Shown here: positions 59,315 to 64,000 of the stretch, piece by piece
Layout of the letters: the number at the start of each line of letters is the position of its first letter
How positions within the stretch are numbered: position 1 is the stretch's first letter
From: Escherichia coli
GTDB lineage: Bacteria > Pseudomonadota > Gammaproteobacteria > Enterobacterales > Enterobacteriaceae
Strand: one strand, 5' to 3'
NCBI RefSeq assembly: GCF_050320075.1
Contig: NZ_CP190018.1
Length of the DNA stretch: 64,000 nucleotides
Notes under the pieces: generated by a model
What the model was told of the DNA's origin: nothing
What the model saw: the letters and a program-made list of their open reading frames with translations, nothing else
The model's database searches: none
Program-made: the position numbers and the translations under genes

Positions 59315-59472
59315 CAGCCAACCAATCTCCCGGTGGTCTGAGAGGGAGGCTTACGCGACCACACTGTCATCTTCGGATGACCAGCCAATGTTCCAGCAGT
59401 CTGAGAGGAGCGCCTTCGGGTGACTGCCAGCCAATGTTTCAGCGATCTGAGAGAAACGCCTTCGGGTGATTG
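59315..59472 (+). ncRNA. Three tandem pseudoknot units, a STAXI-like structured RNA or ssDNA motif.
   Basis: The units start at 59315, 59381 and 59427. Each has two interleaved stems with compensatory changes between units (details in findings). The context, between topoisomerase and SSB genes, fits the published STAXI description. Confidence 0.6.
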
Positions 59473-59685
59473 CAATATCCTCGTAGCCTGAAAGGGGATG
59501 CCTTTATGGCGGTACATCCGTTTAGCCTCTGGGAACGGATATCACCACTGGTGATTGAGGTACGTTTAACTGCACAGACAGCCGGAAATTCAGCTGATTC
59601 CGGCATCCCCGACGGGAACTATCACTCCCGTCAGGGCTGGTGATGTTCTCCGTCATATCTTTTTTTACTCCATGGAGAAATCATC

Positions 59686-60150
59686 ATGTCTGCAACTAAC
59701 TCTACTTCTGCAAAAACTGAATACTTCAACCTGACCATGAAAGGTCTTGGGTATCTCAGCAATGTTCGTCAGGTTAACCATCAGAACGGTTCGTTCCTCA
59801 GCTGCGTGATTAACGCACTGAGTGGACCAACGGACAATCCGTCCTATACGCGTTTTGATGTCACGGTTGCCGGTAAAGAGGCGACCACCCTGATCTCCCG
59901 CTGCCAGAAAGCAGTGGATGAGGACCGCAAGGTACTGCTTGGTTTTACGTTAAGCAACCTTGCCACCGACATTTTCACCCTGAACAAGGGGGAGCATGCC
60001 GGTGAGCAACGCGTCAGCCTGAAAGCCCGCCTGATCAAGGTGGACTGGATAAAAATAGGCCAGGAGCAGGTCTATAAGGCTGAAAAAGCGGAGTCCCAGC
60101 CACCGAGCCATGGCACCACAAAACGTGAATACGCAGAAGACTCCTTCTGA
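59686..60150 (+). CDS. OB-fold/SSB-like island protein, DUF3577-like. From memory it may be the 'STY4534 family ICE replication protein'.
   Basis: 154 aa with a GGAGA RBS. The family name is recalled, not verified. Confidence 0.5.
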   Translation: MSATNSTSAKTEYFNLTMKGLGYLSNVRQVNHQNGSFLSCVINALSGPTDNPSYTRFDVTVAGKEATTLISRCQKAVDEDRKVLLGFTLSNLATDIFTLNKGEHAGEQRVSLKARLIKVDWIKIGQEQVYKAEKAESQPPSHGTTKREYAEDSF

Positions 60151-60169
60151 TCGCGTATTTTTCTCACTG

Positions 60170-60225
60170 CCTCCCTGATAAAGAAAACAGACCACCATCA
60201 GGGAGGTCTGTTTTCTTATTGTTTT
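60170..60225 (+). terminator. Hairpin terminator.
   Basis: CCTCCCTGAT...ATCAGGGAGG is a 10-bp stem followed by TCTGTTTTCTTATTGTTTTT. Confidence 0.6.
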
Positions 60226-60249
60226 TACTGAACTTTAAGGAAACAAATT

Positions 60250-60453
60250 ATGACTTCTACAAACGGTATTCTCGCAGCTGCGGCAGGTTATACATTACCT
60301 CTGGAAATACTCAAAAGTGGGCGCGGATATTATATTGGCACTCAGTGTTCTGAAGGACCGGTATCCCGTGAATCAGAAGAGTATTTCAAAAAATATGAGC
60401 AGGCTGAGCGGACGCTGAAAAATGGCACCTGGACACAACGTCATGCCTGGTAA
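60250..60453 (+). CDS. Small hypothetical protein.
   Basis: 67 aa with an AAGGAAA RBS, immediately upstream of ssb. Confidence 0.5.
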   Translation: MTSTNGILAAAAGYTLPLEILKSGRGYYIGTQCSEGPVSRESEEYFKKYEQAERTLKNGTWTQRHAW

Positions 60454-60465
60454 TGAGGAGGTGCT

Positions 60466-61023
60466 ATGGCTTCACGCGGCGTAAACAAAGTTATCCTGAT
60501 AGGACATCTGGGGCAGGATCCGGATATCCGGTATTTCCCCAATGGCGGTGGCGCTGTGGCGAATCTGTCACTGGCGACCAGCGACACCTGGCGGGATAAA
60601 CAGAGCGGTGAAATGAAGGAAGTTACTGAATGGCACCGCGTTGTTCTCTATGGAAAACTGGCTGAAGTTGCCGGCGAGTACCTGCATAAGGGGTCGCAGG
60701 TGTATATAGAAGGCCAGCTTAAAACCCGTAAATGGTTTGACCAGCAGAATGGTGTGGACCGTTATTCAACTGAGGTTGTTGTGGGCGTGAATGGTGTCAT
60801 GCAGATGCTGGGTTCATCGCGTCAGCAGGGCGCTTCCGGTAATGGTGCTTCAGCACTGGCACAAGGGGGCCAGGGACATCCGCCGAAGACGACCGGACAG
60901 ACTGGTCGTGCCACCCGGACGACGTCAACGGGTAATGGTGCTCCACCAATGGACTTTGACGATGATATCCCCTTTATGGGGCTCGGGTATGGCATGGAAC
61001 GACGAATTATTCATGCCATGTAA
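60466..61023 (+). CDS. ssb: Single-stranded DNA-binding protein with a 15-aa extension beyond the canonical DDDIPF tip.
   Basis: [19 protein letters not shown]...[32 protein letters not shown] is an OB fold, followed by a Gly/Gln-rich linker. The protein ends [11 protein letters not shown] and then [15 protein letters not shown]. Confidence 0.9.
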   Translation: MASRGVNKVILIGHLGQDPDIRYFPNGGGAVANLSLATSDTWRDKQSGEMKEVTEWHRVVLYGKLAEVAGEYLHKGSQVYIEGQLKTRKWFDQQNGVDRYSTEVVVGVNGVMQMLGSSRQQGASGNGASALAQGGQGHPPKTTGQTGRATRTTSTGNGAPPMDFDDDIPFMGLGYGMERRIIHAM

Positions 61024-61033
61024 TATTAACCAC

Positions 61034-61056
61034 GGGGCGTTACGCCCCACTTTTTT
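61034..61056 (+). terminator. Rho-independent terminator after ssb.
   Basis: GGGGCG-tta-CGCCCC followed by ACTTTTTT. Confidence 0.7.
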
Positions 61057-61069
61057 ATCCGGAGGTTCC

Positions 61070-62038
61070 GTGAGTGAAAAAGTTAACAAAATCACTATGA
61101 TTCATGACGGGGCGTTCAAGAAGACGCTTGAAGATCCCGCCGCAGTAAGGGACTTTCTTGAACAGGTCTTGACACACGATCAGATATCCCGCTGTAATCT
61201 TGATACAATAGAAGTTGAAAAGAATTCGTTCGTGACGGAAAGTTTGCGTCAGCATGCCTGTGATGTTTTGATCAGCATGAAGACAAACGACGGCAGGGAC
61301 GGATACATTTATACCTTAATCGAGCACCAGAGTTCGCCGGATAAATTCATCCCGCTGCGTATGATGCGATATATCCTGGCTGTAATGGAGCAACATGTTG
61401 AAAAGCATAAGTGTGCACCTGTGGTGATCCCCGTGTTGTTTTATCATGGTGCAATGCGGCCATATCCGTATCCGCTGAACTGGGTGGATTGTCTGGATGA
61501 CCCGGAGTACGGACGGGAGATTTATGGCGAGTCAAAGTCATTCAGTCTGGTGGATGTCAGTACGCTTGATGATGATGAAATTGAGCAGTATCGCCGGATG
61601 GCGGCGCTGATGTACACCATGAAGTCCGGAACTCAGGGTGATTTGATTGAGCTGATTGGTAAATCGATCACACTGACGGATAAGTATGGCAGTAGCATTC
61701 ACCTGAATACGGTGCTTACTTATCTGATGGAACTTTACCAGATGGATGTTGCTGAACTTTTTGAAGCAATATCCACACACTATCCCAGCCATAAGGGGGT
61801 GATTATGACGATAGCGGAACAACTGGAAGAGAAAGGTCGGGTTGAAGGTCTGGAGAAAGGCCTTGAGAAAGGCCTTGAGAAAGGCCGTGCTGAAGGCCGT
61901 GCTGAAGAGCGTCAAAAAGCGCTTGCAGAAACTTATGCATCTGTCCGTCGCATGAGCGATATGGGGATGTCAACGGAAGTTATTAAGCAGGCACTTCATC
62001 TTTCTGATGAACAGATTCAGGAAGCGCTTAATAATTAA
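61070..62038 (+). CDS. Rpn-family (YhgA-like, PD-(D/E)XK) recombination-promoting nuclease.
   Basis: GTG 61070 lies 5 nt after GGAGG (ATG 61098 is an alternative start). HDGAFKKTLEDPAAVRDFL...ACDVLISMKTNDG...YTLIEHQSSPD is the YhgA-like core. The C-terminus has GLEKG/GRAEG repeats. Confidence 0.75.
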   Translation: MSEKVNKITMIHDGAFKKTLEDPAAVRDFLEQVLTHDQISRCNLDTIEVEKNSFVTESLRQHACDVLISMKTNDGRDGYIYTLIEHQSSPDKFIPLRMMRYILAVMEQHVEKHKCAPVVIPVLFYHGAMRPYPYPLNWVDCLDDPEYGREIYGESKSFSLVDVSTLDDDEIEQYRRMAALMYTMKSGTQGDLIELIGKSITLTDKYGSSIHLNTVLTYLMELYQMDVAELFEAISTHYPSHKGVIMTIAEQLEEKGRVEGLEKGLEKGLEKGRAEGRAEERQKALAETYASVRRMSDMGMSTEVIKQALHLSDEQIQEALNN

Positions 62039-62516
62039 CCTCGCATCGTAATGATGTGGCAGAGCGCGACTGATGCGTCAGAACGTGTGATGCCCTGTGA
62101 ACACAGCGCCTGCCATTGTGCAGGCGTTTTTTTATCAATCAGTCTGGTAAATTGTGATGGAACTTTACCAGATGGATTTTGCTGAACTTTCTGAAGCAAT
62201 ATTCACACACTATCCCAGCCACAAGGGGGTGATTATGACGATAGCGGAACAACTGGAAGAGAAAGGCCTTGAGAAAGGCCGTGCAGAAGAGCGTCAAAAA
62301 GCGCTTGCAGAAACCTATGCATCTGTCCGTCGCATGAGTGATATGGGGATGTCAACAGAAGTTATTAAGCAAGCTCTTCAGCTTTCTGATGAACAGATTC
62401 AGGAAGCGCTTAATAATTAACCTCACATCGTAATGATGTGGCAGAGCGCGACTGATGCGTCAGAATGCGTGATGCCCTGTGAACACAGCGCCTGCCATTG
62501 TGCAGGCGTTTTTTTT
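61725..62516 (+). repeat. Tandem direct duplication of the rpn 3' end plus its terminator.
   Basis: 61725-62133 is repeated at 62155-62516 with scattered substitutions and a roughly 48-nt deletion in the GLEKG/GRAEG repeat region. The two copies are separated by a 21-bp spacer. Confidence 0.9.
62157..62420 (+). CDS. Free-standing copy of the Rpn C-terminal domain (87 aa).
   Basis: MELYQMDFAELSEAIFTHYPSHKGVIMTIAEQLEEKG...SDEQIQEALNN is near-identical to the last roughly 100 aa of the upstream Rpn. It has its own terminator copy (CGCCTGC...GCAGGCG followed by a T-run). Confidence 0.5.
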   Translation: MELYQMDFAELSEAIFTHYPSHKGVIMTIAEQLEEKGLEKGRAEERQKALAETYASVRRMSDMGMSTEVIKQALQLSDEQIQEALNN

Positions 62517-62610
62517 GTCAACCGGAAATCAGTTGTTCATTGAGCCTTCCCTCACTTCTTCTGCAAATTGACCTCTGACTTTATCACTTCACTGCAGAGG
62601 TAATTCCCTG

Positions 62611-63189
62611 ATGAAAATATCCCTTCTTTTTTCCGCGCTGTCTGCCTGTGTGTTGCTGGCGGGGTGCCAGAGTCCGCAAAAACTGCAGCAGAGGGCGGCC
62701 GCCGTCCCGGTACCGTCGGTGACAGTCAGCAACAATGTCCGTCCGGCAAATCCGGATGTGTACGCCGGTGCGGCGACACCGGAGGTGGTGCGTTATGACC
62801 GCTATCTGCTGGTTAACACGGCACCGGATACGGTACAGCGTGACCCGCTTTCCCAGGTGATTGACATCCGCATTCCGGCATCACTGAAGCCGACGGTGGC
62901 GGATGCGATGCGTTATGCCCTGAAACAGTCCGGCTACACACTCTGCGCCACGGGGCCTGCCAACGGCGTGCTCTACCGTCAGCCGTTACCGGCCGTGCAG
63001 TACCAGACCGGGCCGGTCAGACTGCGGAGCGCGCTGCAGATGATGGCGGGGCCGGCATGGCAGCTTGAGGTGGATGATGTGCAGCGCGTGGTCTGTCACA
63101 GTCTGCGTGAGGGTTATCAGTTACCGGCACGCCAGCTGGCGCCGGTACCGGCGGTGGTGAAGGTATCCGGTGCGGAGCAGAAAAAATGA
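62611..63189 (+). CDS. pilL: PilL-like lipoprotein, the first gene of the ICE type IV pilus / transfer region.
   Basis: Lipobox VLLAGCQS. Its size and its position after ssb match PilL of SPI-7/PFGI-1-class elements. Confidence 0.65.
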   Translation: MKISLLFSALSACVLLAGCQSPQKLQQRAAAVPVPSVTVSNNVRPANPDVYAGAATPEVVRYDRYLLVNTAPDTVQRDPLSQVIDIRIPASLKPTVADAMRYALKQSGYTLCATGPANGVLYRQPLPAVQYQTGPVRLRSALQMMAGPAWQLEVDDVQRVVCHSLREGYQLPARQLAPVPAVVKVSGAEQKK

Positions 63190-63965
63190 GTGAAAAGCAA
63201 CAGGAGATATCAGCCGCTGCAGGTGGTTCAGGTGGCACCACACCGTCAGGAAGGGTGAAACGGCGTCCCTCTCCCGGTCTGTTCGCAGGGCTGGTGACGG
63301 TGGTGATGATGGCGGTCGCGGTTGCCGGTCTGGCTCGTTATACGGGAGAGCAGGACAGGCGAATGACTGCGCTGGCGGTGCAGATGAAGGCGTATTCTGA
63401 TGCGCTCGCCTTGTCCGGAACGGAACTGGTACCACTGAGGGAGAGGCTGGCTGAGACCGAAAAACAGCTGAAGAGTGTGGCGGAACGTATTTCTCAGCTG
63501 GAAAAGCGTCCTGCACTGACGGAGGAAGAGCATGCGCGTACGGGAGAGATGGCCGCCAGCCTGGCATCACTGCAGACCTCACTGGCGCAACAGGGAGAAA
63601 CGCTTCGCACGTATGAGCAGCGACTGGAGAAGGTGGAGAAGACTTCAGTCACCCCGGTATCACCGTCATCTGCGAAAGGCGCGGGCGGGACGATGAAGGG
63701 CACAGCGGCGGTTGCGCCACAGAAGAAACGAATGTCTGCCGGCGTGCCGGTGGTCAGTCGTACCGCGCCGTTTGTTCTGACCGGGACAGAGCAGCGGGGA
63801 GGCCGTACGTATGCGGCAGTGGCCCCCCGTGGATTCAGCAGTCTTGCTGATGTGACGTTACTGGGTGAAGGGGAGAGCACGACAGGCTGGGTGCTTGAGC
63901 GTGCAGGACGTGGCGAGGCCACGTTCCGGGTGAATGGTCGTCAGGTCCGGGTCATGGTGGAGTGA
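63186..63965 (+). CDS. Membrane-anchored coiled-coil protein of the transfer region.
   Basis: 259 aa with ATGA overlap onto pilL. It has a TM segment (GLFAGLVTVVMMAVAVAGLA) and a coiled-coil centre. Confidence 0.55.
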   Translation: MSEKQQEISAAAGGSGGTTPSGRVKRRPSPGLFAGLVTVVMMAVAVAGLARYTGEQDRRMTALAVQMKAYSDALALSGTELVPLRERLAETEKQLKSVAERISQLEKRPALTEEEHARTGEMAASLASLQTSLAQQGETLRTYEQRLEKVEKTSVTPVSPSSAKGAGGTMKGTAAVAPQKKRMSAGVPVVSRTAPFVLTGTEQRGGRTYAAVAPRGFSSLADVTLLGEGESTTGWVLERAGRGEATFRVNGRQVRVMVE

Positions 63966-63969
63966 GAAA

Positions 63970-64000
63970 ATGAAGCTGAAAAGTCTGTCACTGGCGCTCA
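63970..64000 (+). CDS. Start of the next transfer-region gene (partial; signal-peptide-like MKLKSLSLAL).
   Basis: ATG 63970 lies 5 nt after the upstream stop, and the gene is truncated by the window edge. Confidence 0.35.
   Translation, partial: MKLKSLSLAL

Larger units (their letters stand above)
44528..64000. mobile_element. Integrative conjugative element / genomic island of the SPI-7, PAPI-1, pKLC102, ICEclc type. This is the parA-proximal end, and the island continues past the window.
   Basis: A tRNA-Phe 3' fragment lies at the junction. It is followed by parA, dnaB, a parB-like gene, a DUF2786-like gene, island replication proteins, topB, an OB-fold protein, ssb and pilL in one orientation. 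No integrase lies in the window, so one is expected at the far end next to an intact tRNA-Phe. Confidence 0.8.

Noticed and set aside
59055-59321. An 88-aa minus-strand ORF in the topB-ssb intergenic region.
   Set aside because: It runs antisense across two plus-strand hairpin/terminator structures. It has no RBS, and its composition looks non-coding.
60791-61069. The 5' extension of the rpn ORF (415-aa version) overlapping ssb.
   Set aside because: It overlaps the whole C-terminal part of ssb and the ssb terminator. GTG 61070 with a GGAGG RBS begins the recognisable YhgA-like sequence.

Overview
The window reads as an Escherichia coli (ExPEC-like) chromosome segment; all family calls rest on reading the translations and motifs, since no database search was possible. 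It has four blocks. (1) 1-11.1 kb is core metabolism: yghO, glcC, glcDEFGB and glcA. (2) 11.5-28.0 kb is the SslE (YghJ) lipoprotein metalloprotease with its dedicated type II secretion system: pppA, yghG and gspC-M ('T2SS-beta'). (3) 28.0-44.5 kb is a group-2-type kps capsule locus. It has a very AT-rich two-gene serotype region and a non-canonical gene order: kpsFEDUCS, kpsMT and region 2 all lie on the minus strand, with IS remnants at two borders. (4) From 44.5 kb to the window edge is one end of an integrative conjugative element of the SPI-7 / PAPI-1 / pKLC102 type. It is inserted at tRNA-Phe, of which only the 3' 50 nt remain here as an att repeat. It carries parA, dnaB, a parB-like gene, island replication proteins, topB, two SSB-type genes, an Rpn nuclease and the start of a pilL transfer/pilus cluster. 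Five things look most worth following up. First, a 26 x 36-bp array of palindrome-containing repeats lies next to a winged-helix Rep-like gene and may be a sopC-like centromere or an iteron origin. Second, three tandem pseudoknot units with compensatory covariation (STAXI-like) sit between topB and the SSB genes. Third, a 1089-aa three-module capsule polymerase candidate combines GT4-like, KpsC/S-like and sialyltransferase-like domains. Fourth, a tandem duplication creates a free-standing copy of the Rpn C-terminal domain. Fifth, a block of phage-type small genes is embedded in the ICE replication module.
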